From: an uncultured Bacilli bacterium
GTDB lineage: Bacteria; Bacillota_I; Bacilli_A; RF39; UBA660
Length of the DNA stretch: 64,000 bases
NCBI GenBank assembly: GCA_934101795.1
Contig: CAKORY010000001.1
Span: 76,878-140,877 of the forward strand
Reading direction: 5' to 3'
Part shown: one piece after another, positions 29,043-39,059 of the stretch
Position numbering within the stretch: the first letter of the stretch is position 1
Layout: each line of letters begins with the position of its first letter
Position numbers and translations under genes: made by a program
The notes under the pieces: model-generated
The model's database searches: none
What the model was told of the DNA's origin: nothing
Seen by the model: the letters and a program-made list of their open reading frames with translations, nothing else

Positions 29043-30986
29043 ATGTCAAATATAAAAATAAAATTTAAACAAGAATATAAAAGTTTTAAGAAAGATTCTG
29101 AATATGAATTTGAAGGTAGATTAAATATTTTATCTGGAATAAATGGCGCGGGAAAAAGTCAATTATTAGATTGCATTAAGAACGATATAACAAATGTTTA
29201 TATAGATGGGATTAAAATATTAAATCGAAATATTGCAAAATATAGTTTTAGAGATAATATTTCTTTGCCTTCTTTTGGTTCATATGATTACAATATAACA
29301 AGACAATATAATAGTTGTATAATTAATATTTATAGAAATTATATTTCTTTGTATAATCAATATAATCAACACAAACAAAATGGTTCTCGATTTTTTGAAA
29401 TGAATTATGGATTGTCAAATGATGTATCATTTGATTCTTTTCTAGAAACAGTTATTAATTCTTCAATTAACATTAAACAAGGTAATAGCAATATCGGAAG
29501 ACAAGTTTCTATGCATTCAATTTTACAAATAATAGAATATGTAAAAAACACTTATCAAGAAGATTTTTTAGAATTAACTGATGAACAAATTTTAGGATGT
29601 ATACCTAGCAATTTTATCATTAAGTTGGATGGCGAAGAAATTGATGGTATTACTAGAATATTTACTGATGCAGCTAGATTAAGAGTTTTAGAGCAAGCTA
29701 ATTGTGGGAAAAAAGGGGTAAAATTTGATAATGATGCGTGGTTAAAATCAGCGCCTTGGACAGAAATAAATAATTTATTTGAAAAATTAAATTTTAATTA
29801 TCGTTTTTCAAATGATTATGAATATGATATTCCAAATTTAAAAGAAGAACCAAAATTATTTGCTTTTGAAAACAATCAAATTAATAAAAGAAAAGTCAGA
29901 AAAATTAATGATTTAAGTGATGGTGAGAAAGCAATACTAAAATTAGTAGTATCAACATATGATAGAAAAGAAGATAATGCAACAAAAATTTTGTTATTAG
30001 ATGAATATGATGCAACTTTAAATCCTTCTTTAATAAATGATTTTTATATAACAATACAAGAATATTATTTAGAAAAAGGGATAACCGTGTTGTTATCAAC
30101 TCATTCTCCTATAACTATTGCTATGGCACCAGAAGATACTAAATATTATGAAATATTTAGACAAGTAGAAAATTCTCCTATAATTAAAGAAGTATCAAGA
30201 GAAGAATATAAAGAATTAGAAATGATTCAATCATATTATGAAAAAATTAAAAATCCATCCAAAAGACTGAAAGAATTAGAGGGAGAAAACCAGAAACTTA
30301 AAGAAAAAATAAATTCTATGACAATTCCTCTAGTAATAACAGAAGGAAAAACAGATTGGAAGCATATAAAAAATGCTAAAAATAAACTAAATATTAATGA
30401 ACAATATGATTTTTTTGAAACAACTAATGATATGGGAGATTCAGCAATATTAAATATGCTTAAAGCACAGTCTCAAATTAGTAATACTAACAAAAGGATA
30501 TTTATATTTGACAATGATAATAAAGCTATAATTAAAGATGTTTCTGAAGAAGGTAAAAAATATAAAAAATGGGGCAATAATGTATTTTCTTTTGTAATAC
30601 CTAAACCTAATATTAGACAAAATGAAGATAGTATATCAATTGAACATTATTATACAGATGATGTGCTAAAAAAAGAAATTGTTTGTGAAGGAGGTATTAC
30701 TAGAAGAATATACTGTGGCAACGATTTTTTTAAAAATGGAAATAGTAAAGATTTAACTAAAAGATGCAACAAGAAAAATGTATGTGGTGACACAGTTATA
30801 AGAGTTTTATCTGGATCGTCAGAGGAAAAAGTATTTGATATAACTGAAGAAGAAAATAATGGTGTAAATTACGCATTGTCTAAAGATGATTTCTTCGAAA
30901 AAATTATAAAAACTGACAACAATATAGATTTAACAAGTTTTAATCTTATTTTAGATATTATTAAAGAAATAATAGAAGATAATTAG
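29043..30986 (+). CDS. OLD/Gabija(GajA)/PARIS-like fused ABC-type ATPase plus Toprim nuclease (predicted anti-phage defense protein)
   Basis: In the N-terminal ATPase, Walker A is SGINGAGKSQ, the signature-like motif is LSDGEKAIL, Walker B is KILLLDEYDATL, and the H-loop is LSTHSP. A coiled-coil linker follows. The C-terminal Toprim-like domain has the conserved Glu (PLVITEGKTD) and DxD (IFIFDNDN). Confidence 0.65.
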   Translation: MSNIKIKFKQEYKSFKKDSEYEFEGRLNILSGINGAGKSQLLDCIKNDITNVYIDGIKILNRNIAKYSFRDNISLPSFGSYDYNITRQYNSCIINIYRNYISLYNQYNQHKQNGSRFFEMNYGLSNDVSFDSFLETVINSSINIKQGNSNIGRQVSMHSILQIIEYVKNTYQEDFLELTDEQILGCIPSNFIIKLDGEEIDGITRIFTDAARLRVLEQANCGKKGVKFDNDAWLKSAPWTEINNLFEKLNFNYRFSNDYEYDIPNLKEEPKLFAFENNQINKRKVRKINDLSDGEKAILKLVVSTYDRKEDNATKILLLDEYDATLNPSLINDFYITIQEYYLEKGITVLLSTHSPITIAMAPEDTKYYEIFRQVENSPIIKEVSREEYKELEMIQSYYEKIKNPSKRLKELEGENQKLKEKINSMTIPLVITEGKTDWKHIKNAKNKLNINEQYDFFETTNDMGDSAILNMLKAQSQISNTNKRIFIFDNDNKAIIKDVSEEGKKYKKWGNNVFSFVIPKPNIRQNEDSISIEHYYTDDVLKKEIVCEGGITRRIYCGNDFFKNGNSKDLTKRCNKKNVCGDTVIRVLSGSSEEKVFDITEEENNGVNYALSKDDFFEKIIKTDNNIDLTSFNLILDIIKEIIEDN

Positions 30987-30998
30987 AGGCAAAAAAAG

Positions 30999-32195
30999 AT
31001 GGATTATTTTAAAGTAGCAGCATATCTTCGTTTATCAAAAGAAGAATATAATAATGAAAAAGAATCTAATAGTATAACTAATCAAAGACAGATTATAGAT
31101 AATTATTTAAAAGAACATAAAGAATATAGGTTAGTTGATTATTATGTAGATGATGGATATTCAGGAACTAATTTTGATAGACCAGAATTTCAAAGAATGT
31201 TAGAAAATATCAAAAATAAGAAAATAGATGTAATAATTATAAAAGATTTATCAAGACTTGGTAGAAATTATATTGAAACTAGTAATTTTGTAGAAGTAGT
31301 ATTTGCGACTATGGGAGTATCCGTAATTTCAGTAGATGAAAATTATGAAATTGATTCATCTGATTACTATGGTGGTGATTACGTTCCATTAAAGAATTTA
31401 TTTAATGATATGTATGCAAAAGATATATCAAAGAAAGTTAGAAGCTCTTTAATTGTTAAGAAACATAATGGTGAGTTTGTTGGGAAATTAGCACCTTACG
31501 GATATATAAAAGATCCAAAAGATAAACATAAATTTTTAATTGATAAGAATGTATCAAATATTATTGTAAAAATATTCGATATGATACTTGAGGGAAAAAG
31601 TAGAAGAGAAGTTGCTGATTTTTTAAATCAAAATGATACATTAACTCCAAGTGAGTACTTAAATATTAATACAAATAAAGATGTAACAGTAATGAAAAAA
31701 TGAAATTCTGAAATGGTCAACTCAATACTAAGAAACGAAAACTATACAGGTACATTATTTCAAGGTAAGAAAAGAAAATTAAATTATAGAGTCAATAAGA
31801 AAATAAACATAGATAAAGAAGATTGGATTGTTACTGAAAATCATCATAAAGCAATTATAAGTAAAGAAAAATTTGATAAAGTGCAAGATATTTTAGATAG
31901 ACAAGCTAAAGTAAATAAAGACGGAAGTATAAATATTTTTTCAGGATTTTTAAAATGTGAATGTTGTAATAATGGAATGATAAAAAGAAAATCAAAGGAT
32001 AAGGTATATTTCTATTGTTCTAACTACTATAGAAATAAAACTTGTGAAAATAATAAATCTATGAGTGAAAATAGGTTGATTGAAATTATAAAGGAAAAAT
32101 TAAATTTAACTGATAATACTAGATTAGAATTAGAAAATAAAGTAAAATATATTTATATTGATAAAGATAAAAATGTTAAGATTGATTTTAAATAG
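30999..32195 (+). pseudogene. large serine recombinase interrupted by an in-frame TGA (31701-31703) at the conserved Trp position
   Basis: An N-terminal resolvase domain (YLRLSKEE..SITNQRQ...DDGYSGTNFDRPEFQRML...IIIKDLSRLGRN) is followed by a recombinase domain and a zinc-ribbon domain (CECCNNGM..YFYCSNYY). The two ORFs 30999-31703 and 31713-32195 share one frame and are separated only by the TGA. Confidence 0.7.
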
Positions 32196-32218
32196 AATAA
32201 CAGAAAGGAGAATAGTAT

Positions 32219-33241
32219 ATGGATAATAAAAGTTTACAAATAACTAATCATGATTTTTTAATATATAGGGATTCAAATAATGATGTTAAGGTTAGTGTAA
32301 TGTTAATAAATAATGATATATGGCTTACCCAAAATTTAATTGCAGAATTATTTGGTGTAGGAAGAAGTACAATAACAGAACATATTAATAATATATTAAA
32401 TAGTGGTGAACTTGATGAAAATAACACCGTCGGAAAAACCGACGTTGATAATTCTAAAAAACCTGTAAAGATATATAACCTTGATATGATTATTGCAGTT
32501 GGATATAGAGTTAATTCTAAAAAAGCAACAAATTTTAGAATTTGGGCAACAAAAATATTAAAGGAATATATGATTAAAGGCGTAGTTATTGATGATGAAA
32601 GATTAAAAAATCCTAATTACATATTTGGAGAAGATTATTTTGAAGAAACACTTGAAAGAATTAGAAATATTCGTTCAAGTGAGAGAAGGTTTTATCAAAA
32701 AATAACAGATATATATTCTTCTTGTAGTATTGATTATGATAAAGACTCAAAAATAACAAAAGAATTTTTTAAAACTGTTCAAAATAAGTTACATTATGCA
32801 ATAACAGGAAATACTGCAGCCGAAATAATATATAATAGAGTTGACTCAGAAAAAGAACATATGGGTTTAACTAATTGGAAGAATTCTCCTGATGGACCAA
32901 TCTATAAATATGATGTTGATATTGCTAAAAATTATTTAAACGAGAAAGAATTAAAAGACTTAAATAGAATAGTAACAATGTATTTAGATTACGCAGAATT
33001 ACAAGCAGAAAATCATAATGCAATGACAATGAAAGATTGGGTAGAAAAGCTAAATGCATTTTTACAATTTAATGGTAAAGAAATATTGCACAATGCTGGG
33101 AAAATATCTGCAAAAGTTGCACAAGAGTTAGCTTATAAAGAGTATGATAAATTTAAAATCAAACAAGATAAATTATATAAATCAGATTTTGATAATTTTT
33201 TAAATGAAGCAAGAATGATAGAGAATGGAAGTGATAAATAA
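32219..33241 (+). CDS. RhuM-family virulence-associated protein
   Basis: HDFLIYRDSNNDVKVSVMLINNDIWLTQNLIAELFGVGRSTITEHINNIL is the RhuM N-terminal signature. Confidence 0.75.
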   Translation: MDNKSLQITNHDFLIYRDSNNDVKVSVMLINNDIWLTQNLIAELFGVGRSTITEHINNILNSGELDENNTVGKTDVDNSKKPVKIYNLDMIIAVGYRVNSKKATNFRIWATKILKEYMIKGVVIDDERLKNPNYIFGEDYFEETLERIRNIRSSERRFYQKITDIYSSCSIDYDKDSKITKEFFKTVQNKLHYAITGNTAAEIIYNRVDSEKEHMGLTNWKNSPDGPIYKYDVDIAKNYLNEKELKDLNRIVTMYLDYAELQAENHNAMTMKDWVEKLNAFLQFNGKEILHNAGKISAKVAQELAYKEYDKFKIKQDKLYKSDFDNFLNEARMIENGSDK

Positions 33242-33282
33242 TGGATATGTACCAAAAAAGAGAGATGAGAAAAAATAAAAAG

Positions 33283-34158
33283 ATGGATGAAAATACAAAA
33301 AGTTTACCATCTACGAGTATCAACTGGTATCCAGGTCATATGGCAAAAGCCAAAAGAGAAATTAAAGAAAGAATTAAATTAATAGATATAATTTATGAAT
33401 GCATAGATGCAAGAATGCCATCATCTTCAAAATTAAAAGGAATGGATGATATACTTGAGGCTAAACCTCGTATTTTAGTTATGACTAAAAAAGATTTGTG
33501 TGATTTAGATGAGACAAATAAATGGGTAAAATATTATGAAGAAAAAGGATATAAAGTAATTCTTGTTGATTTAACAAATAATGATGATTATAAAAAGTTA
33601 ATTAAACTTACCTTAGAAGTAGCTAAACCTATTCAAGAAAAAAGAGTAGAAAAAGGTCTTAAAAGTAAAGAAATTAAAATTGGGGTAGTTGGTATACCTA
33701 ATGTAGGAAAAAGTACTCTTATAAATAAACTTGCTGGTAAAAAAGTAAGTAATACTGGTAATAAGCCTGGAGTAACTAAACAAGTTAATTGGTTAAAAAC
33801 TAGTAATGGATTTTTGCTTCTTGATACCCCAGGGATTTTATGGCCTAAAATCGAAGATAATACGGAGGCATTAAGTTTAGCATCAACAGCAACAATAAAA
33901 ATGGAAATTTTAAATATGACAGATATTGGTGGTTATCTTATAACATTTTTTAAAAACTATTATAAAGATATATTAGAAAATAAATATAAGATTGAAATAA
34001 GTGAAGATCCTAATGATATTTTTGCTTTATTAGCTGAAAAATTTAATTTTTTTGAAAAAGATGGGGAAATTGACTATGAAAAAGTGTCAACTAAGGTGTA
34101 TAATGATTTAGTGAGTGGTTCACTTAAAGGAGTAACATTCGATAGATGGAAGAAGTAG
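33283..34158 (+). CDS. rbgA: ribosome biogenesis GTPase A (YlqF)
   Basis: The motif INWYPGHMAKAKRE is present, with circularly permuted GTPase motifs (KKDL..; GIPNVGKST). The ORF track start at 33241 overlaps the RhuM stop, so the ATG at 33283 (MDENTKS) is the more likely start. Confidence 0.8.
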   Translation: MDENTKSLPSTSINWYPGHMAKAKREIKERIKLIDIIYECIDARMPSSSKLKGMDDILEAKPRILVMTKKDLCDLDETNKWVKYYEEKGYKVILVDLTNNDDYKKLIKLTLEVAKPIQEKRVEKGLKSKEIKIGVVGIPNVGKSTLINKLAGKKVSNTGNKPGVTKQVNWLKTSNGFLLLDTPGILWPKIEDNTEALSLASTATIKMEILNMTDIGGYLITFFKNYYKDILENKYKIEISEDPNDIFALLAEKFNFFEKDGEIDYEKVSTKVYNDLVSGSLKGVTFDRWKK

Positions 34159-34781
34159 ATTTATTAAAATATGAAAAAGAATTATATAAAGAAGGGATAA
34201 CTTTAATAGCTGGAACAGATGAAGCAGGTAGAGGTCCTTTGTGCGGTCCAGTTGTTGCTGCTGCAGTTATTCTTCCTAAAAATTATACTTTGGAAGGTTT
34301 AATAGACTCTAAACAATTAAGTGAAAAAAAGAGAGATAAATTTTATGATATTATAGTTAAAGATGCCATAAGTTATGCAGTGGGGGTTGTTGATGCCAAA
34401 ACTATAGATGAAATAAACATTTACGAAGCAAGTAGAAAAGCTATGTTAGAAGCAATTGATGGTTTAAGCGTTAAGCCAGAATATGTTTTAACAGATGCTA
34501 TGCCACTTCCTATGGAAAACTCAAAAGCTATAATTCATGGTGATGCATTATCCCTTAATATTGCAGCAGCTAGTGTAATAGCTAAAGTAACACGTGATAA
34601 AATGATGTACGAGTTAGATGAAAAATATCCTATGTATGGTTTTAAAGATCATAAAGGCTATCCAACTAAAAAACATCTTGAAGCAATTAAAAAATATGGT
34701 ATACTAGATAATTATAGACTTACTTATAAGCCTGTAAAAGCGTTGATGGAGGTAAATGATGAAGAATTTGTTAAAGAATAA
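34146..34781 (+). CDS. rnhB: ribonuclease HII
   Basis: The motifs GTDEAGRGPLCGPVVAA and DSKQLS are present. Confidence 0.9.
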   Translation: MEEVDLLKYEKELYKEGITLIAGTDEAGRGPLCGPVVAAAVILPKNYTLEGLIDSKQLSEKKRDKFYDIIVKDAISYAVGVVDAKTIDEINIYEASRKAMLEAIDGLSVKPEYVLTDAMPLPMENSKAIIHGDALSLNIAAASVIAKVTRDKMMYELDEKYPMYGFKDHKGYPTKKHLEAIKKYGILDNYRLTYKPVKALMEVNDEEFVKE

Positions 34782-36807
34782 TTTAATAAAAAACTATGTG
34801 ATATTGGTAGTATTCTTTTCACTTTTAGAAATATCATTCAGATTAATAAGTGGAATATCTTTAAATAATATAGCACTTTTAAGAATATTTATTGGAGTTA
34901 ATTTTGTAAGTATTTTACTAAGTTTTATTTTGTCTTGGTTTAATAAATTAATTAGTAAGATATTAGTTCTTTTAGTATCTTTTGCTCTAAGCGCATATAC
35001 ATTTTTTCAAATTGGTTTTAATAACTTTATCGGAGTATATGCATCAGTTAATACTAAAAGTCAACTTGGAGCTGTTAAAGACTATATAATAGATTTCTTT
35101 GCTTCTTTTAAAGCAACCTATTATTTAGCTTTTATACCATTTATATTACTAATCATTTACTATTTATTTTTAGATAAGTTAACTGAAAAGAGAATTGATA
35201 AAAGATTTCCTTTGAAAACAAATATAATGTTTGAACCTGGTATTAGAACAATTACTAGTATTTTAGTTTTAACATTTACTGGCTTTTTATATTACACATC
35301 TTTAGATGCATCATTTATGCAAAATAAACTTCAAACTATTAGTAATAAAGAACTATTTGCATATCCGAGTATAGCAAGTACAACTATAAATCAATTCGGA
35401 GTTTTAGGTTTTGGATTTCTTGATATAAAATCAACAATGGTTGAAGCACCGAGTAAAGTAATTTATACTGCTTTTGAAAATAATGGTAAAGATAATAATA
35501 ATTCAGAATCTAAAAGAGAAATAGATGATACTATATTAGATGAAATAATTAAAAATGAAAAAGATACTACATTAAATAATATTAATAATTATATTAAAAA
35601 TAAAGATATTACTGATTATAATAGTCATACTGGTATGTTTGAAGGTAAAAATGTTATTGTTATTATGATGGAAAGCACTAATGATATTATAATTAATAAA
35701 GATTTATATCCAAACTTTTATAAATTATATAGTGAAGGTATAAGTTTTAAAAATAATTATAGTCCTAGAAATAGCTGTGCAACAGGAAATAATGAGTTTA
35801 GTGGAATGACAGGTCTATATACAATTCAAAATAATTGTACAGCTAATGTATTTAGTAATAATACATATTTTACATCAATATTTAATATATTTAAAAATGC
35901 AGGTTATAGAGCAACTAGTATGCATGATTATACTGAACACTATTATGTAAGAAAAATAATACATAAGAATTTAGGAAGTGAAGCATATTATAATGTTAAT
36001 GACTTAAATATTAAGTATTATAATGAATATAAAAATTGGGCAAGTGATGAAGATTTCATGAATGCTGCTATGGATATAACATTAAATGATACTAGTAATA
36101 AACCATTTATGTTATGGCTTACAACAGTTTCAGGCCACCAACCCTATAAAGTTTCAAGTGTTGAAGGAGATAAATATTTAAGTATAACTGAAGGAACAGA
36201 CTATTCAATGGAAGTAAGAAGATATATGTCTAAGTTAAAAACATTTGATAATGGTTTAGGAATCCTTCTTGATAAATTAAAGGCATCAGGTAAATTAGAT
36301 GATACAGTTATAGTTATGTATGGAGACCACTATCCATATGGACTAAAAAATAAAGATATTTCTAGTGTTCTTACTTATGATTTAGATGATTATGAAGTAG
36401 AAAGAGTACCTATGGTTATCTATAATTCTACGATTAAAAGTGAAGTTGTAGAAAAGTACAGTTCTTATATTAATTTAACACCAACTCTAGCTAATCTATT
36501 TAATTTAGATTATGATCCTAGATATTATATGGGAACTGATGTCTTTAGTGATGATTATTTAAATATGGTAGCTTTTGCAGATGGATCTTGGAAAAATGCT
36601 GATGTATATTATAATGCAAGTAGTGGTAGTATTAAATACTATACAAGTAATGAATATACAACAGATGAATTAATTAGAATAAATAATATTGTAACTAATA
36701 GAATGCAAATTAGTGAATCAATAATCCGTAATAATTATTTTAATTATTTAGATAATAAAATAAAATCCTATAATTATGTAAATGCTACGGAAAGAGAGGA
36801 TAATTAA
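34756..36807 (+). CDS. LtaS-family sulfatase-fold membrane protein (lipoteichoic acid synthase-like phosphoglycerol transferase)
   Basis: Five N-terminal TM helices are followed by an extracellular sulfatase domain (MMESTNDII...NNYSPRNSCATGNNEFSGMTG...SGHQPY). Confidence 0.7.
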   Translation: MMKNLLKNNLIKNYVILVVFFSLLEISFRLISGISLNNIALLRIFIGVNFVSILLSFILSWFNKLISKILVLLVSFALSAYTFFQIGFNNFIGVYASVNTKSQLGAVKDYIIDFFASFKATYYLAFIPFILLIIYYLFLDKLTEKRIDKRFPLKTNIMFEPGIRTITSILVLTFTGFLYYTSLDASFMQNKLQTISNKELFAYPSIASTTINQFGVLGFGFLDIKSTMVEAPSKVIYTAFENNGKDNNNSESKREIDDTILDEIIKNEKDTTLNNINNYIKNKDITDYNSHTGMFEGKNVIVIMMESTNDIIINKDLYPNFYKLYSEGISFKNNYSPRNSCATGNNEFSGMTGLYTIQNNCTANVFSNNTYFTSIFNIFKNAGYRATSMHDYTEHYYVRKIIHKNLGSEAYYNVNDLNIKYYNEYKNWASDEDFMNAAMDITLNDTSNKPFMLWLTTVSGHQPYKVSSVEGDKYLSITEGTDYSMEVRRYMSKLKTFDNGLGILLDKLKASGKLDDTVIVMYGDHYPYGLKNKDISSVLTYDLDDYEVERVPMVIYNSTIKSEVVEKYSSYINLTPTLANLFNLDYDPRYYMGTDVFSDDYLNMVAFADGSWKNADVYYNASSGSIKYYTSNEYTTDELIRINNIVTNRMQISESIIRNNYFNYLDNKIKSYNYVNATEREDN

Positions 36808-38832
36808 ATGAAAAATTTAGTAATAGTGGAATCTCCAGCTAAATGTAAAACTATTGAAAAGTATTTAGGTAGTGATTATAAAGTTGTTTCTAGTAAAGGA
36901 CATATTAGGGATTTAGCTACAACTGGTAAGTTTGGTTTAGGACTTGATATTGAAAATGATTTTAAACCAAATTATGAAATAATTAAAGGAAAGAAAAAAG
37001 AAGTAACAGAATTAAAAAAAGATGTTAAAGATGCAGATATGGTATATCTTGCAACTGACCCAGACCGTGAAGGAGAAACAATTTCTTGGCATATTTATGA
37101 TGAAGTAAAAGTTCCAGAGGAAAAATATAAAAGAGTAGTATTTAATGAAATAACTAAAGATGTAGTTATAAATGCTATAAATAATCCTGGTAAAATAGAT
37201 ATGAACTTAGTTAAGTCTGGTGAAACTAGAAGATTCTTAGATAGAATAATAGGTTTTAGATTAAGTAAGTTAATGCAAAGAAAAACTGGGGGAAAGTCAG
37301 CTGGTAGAGTACAAAGTGTAGCTCTAAAATTAATTGTGGATAGAGAAAGAGAAATACAAAGCTTTGTACCTAGAGAATATTGGACAATTGAAGCTGATTT
37401 TAAAGATTTTAAAGCAATGCTTGATAAATATCATGGTAAGGATATTGAAATTGCAAATGAAGCACAAGCTGATGAAATATTAAGTAATCTTTCTAAATCA
37501 TTTAAAATAGAAAGTGTAGAAGAAAAAGAAAAGAATAAAGTAGCACGTGAAGTATTTAAAACTAGTACACTTCAACAAGCAGCATCTAATAAATTAGGGT
37601 TTGCACCAAGTAAAACAATGAAAGTTGCTCAAGATTTATATGAAGGTAAAACTTTAAAAAGTGAAACAGTAGGTTTAATTACTTACATGAGAACTGATAG
37701 TGTTAGAGTAAGTGATACATTTGTTAAAGAAACTTTTGGTTTTATTAAAGGTAAATTTGGGGAAAATTATATTGGATATGTTAAAAAGGGTAAAAAGAAT
37801 GAAAATATGCAAGATGCACATGAAGGTATTAGACCAACAAGTATTAATAGAACACCAGAAGAAGTTAAAGCATATTTAACAAATGATGAATATAAGCTTT
37901 ATAAACTTATATATACTAGAGCACTTGCATCACTTATGGCAGATGCTAAAACACTTGCAACTACTGTAATACTTGAAAATAATGGATATACATTTAAAGC
38001 AACTGGTAGTGTTTTAACATTTGATGGTTATTTAAAAGTATATAGTGAATATGAAGATAGTGAAGATGTAATACTTCCAGATTTAAAAAATTATAAATCT
38101 GGTTGTATAACAGCTGATGATATAACTAAAACACAACATTTTACTAAACCAGCTCCAAGATTTACGGAAAGTAGTTTAATTAAAGAAATGGAAAGTTTAG
38201 GTATAGGTAGACCATCTACATATGCAACTATAGTGGGTACTATTAAAGATAGAGGATATGTTATTTTAAAAGATAAGAAGTTTGTACCAACAGAAATTGG
38301 TATTGAAACAACTGATAAATTACAAGAATTCTTTAGTGGTATTGTAAATGTAGAATATACTGCTAATATGGAAGAAGATTTAGATAAAATAGCAGAAAAT
38401 AAAATGGATTATTTAAAAGTATTACATGAATTCTATGATGAATTTGAGCCACTTGTAGAAAAAGCATTCCATGAAATGGAAAAGAAAGGTCCAGAAGAAA
38501 CTGGGGAAGTTTGTCCAGAATGTGGTAGTGCTTTAGTAATAAGAAAAGGTAAATTTGGAGAGTTTATAGCATGTAGTAATTATCCAACATGTAAATATAT
38601 AAAAAAAGAAAAAAAAGAAGTTGTAGAAATTTGTAAATGTCCTAAATGTGATAAAGGTATGATAGTTGAAAGAAAAACTAAAAAGGGTAAAATATTTTAT
38701 GGATGTAATAATTATCCTAAATGTAATTATGCACTTTGGTATAAACCAACTGGTGATATATGTCCAAAGTGTGGTGAACTTTTAGTAGATAAAAATGGAG
38801 AAATAACTTGTGTTAATTGTAATAAAGAGTAG
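36808..38832 (+). CDS. topA: DNA topoisomerase I
   Basis: A Toprim N-terminus (LVIVESPAKCKTIEKYLG) is present, as are the active-site region GLITYMRTDS and three C-terminal Zn ribbons (CPECG, CPKCD, CPKCG). Confidence 0.95.
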   Translation: MKNLVIVESPAKCKTIEKYLGSDYKVVSSKGHIRDLATTGKFGLGLDIENDFKPNYEIIKGKKKEVTELKKDVKDADMVYLATDPDREGETISWHIYDEVKVPEEKYKRVVFNEITKDVVINAINNPGKIDMNLVKSGETRRFLDRIIGFRLSKLMQRKTGGKSAGRVQSVALKLIVDREREIQSFVPREYWTIEADFKDFKAMLDKYHGKDIEIANEAQADEILSNLSKSFKIESVEEKEKNKVAREVFKTSTLQQAASNKLGFAPSKTMKVAQDLYEGKTLKSETVGLITYMRTDSVRVSDTFVKETFGFIKGKFGENYIGYVKKGKKNENMQDAHEGIRPTSINRTPEEVKAYLTNDEYKLYKLIYTRALASLMADAKTLATTVILENNGYTFKATGSVLTFDGYLKVYSEYEDSEDVILPDLKNYKSGCITADDITKTQHFTKPAPRFTESSLIKEMESLGIGRPSTYATIVGTIKDRGYVILKDKKFVPTEIGIETTDKLQEFFSGIVNVEYTANMEEDLDKIAENKMDYLKVLHEFYDEFEPLVEKAFHEMEKKGPEETGEVCPECGSALVIRKGKFGEFIACSNYPTCKYIKKEKKEVVEICKCPKCDKGMIVERKTKKGKIFYGCNNYPKCNYALWYKPTGDICPKCGELLVDKNGEITCVNCNKE

Positions 38833-38854
38833 CATCAATAGATGCTATTTTTTA
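38829..38854 (+). terminator. rho-independent terminator after topA (TAGCATC-AATA-GATGCTA plus T6)
   Basis: tagcatcaatagatgctatttttt. Confidence 0.8.
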
Positions 38855-38871
38855 GAATAAAAACTAAAAGT

Positions 38872-38995
38872 GACTGCAAAAAGGTGTAAATGTGAGCAAA
38901 AAGTGCCTGCAAAAAGGTGTAAATATGAGCAAAAAGTGGTTACAAAAAGGTGTAAATATGAACAAAAAGTGGTTACAAAAAGGTGTAATTTACTG
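38872..38995. repeat. tandem array of about 3.7 copies of a 32-bp unit (nCAAAAAGGTGTAAATATGAGCAAAAAGTGGTT)
   Basis: Seen directly: tgcaaaaaggtgtaaatgtgagcaaaaagtgcc / tgcaaaaaggtgtaaatatgagcaaaaagtggtt / acaaaaaggtgtaaatatgaacaaaaagtggtt / acaaaaaggtgtaatttactg. The track ORF 38870-39169 is a translation artefact of this array. Confidence 0.85.
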
Positions 38996-39059
38996 AAAAA
39001 AAGCCAATGTTTTAGTTTATATGCAATGTTTATAAATACTTATATCGGAGGTTTAATTA

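Noticed and set aside
31701-31703. In-frame TGA in the serine recombinase as a selenocysteine codon
   Set aside because: There is no SECIS-like hairpin immediately downstream. The position aligns to a conserved Trp, not Cys/Sec. A nonsense mutation or code-4-like legacy is more parsimonious.
38872-38995. Possible CRISPR array
   Set aside because: The repeats are directly contiguous with no spacers, the units carry mismatches typical of tandem duplication, and no cas genes are nearby.
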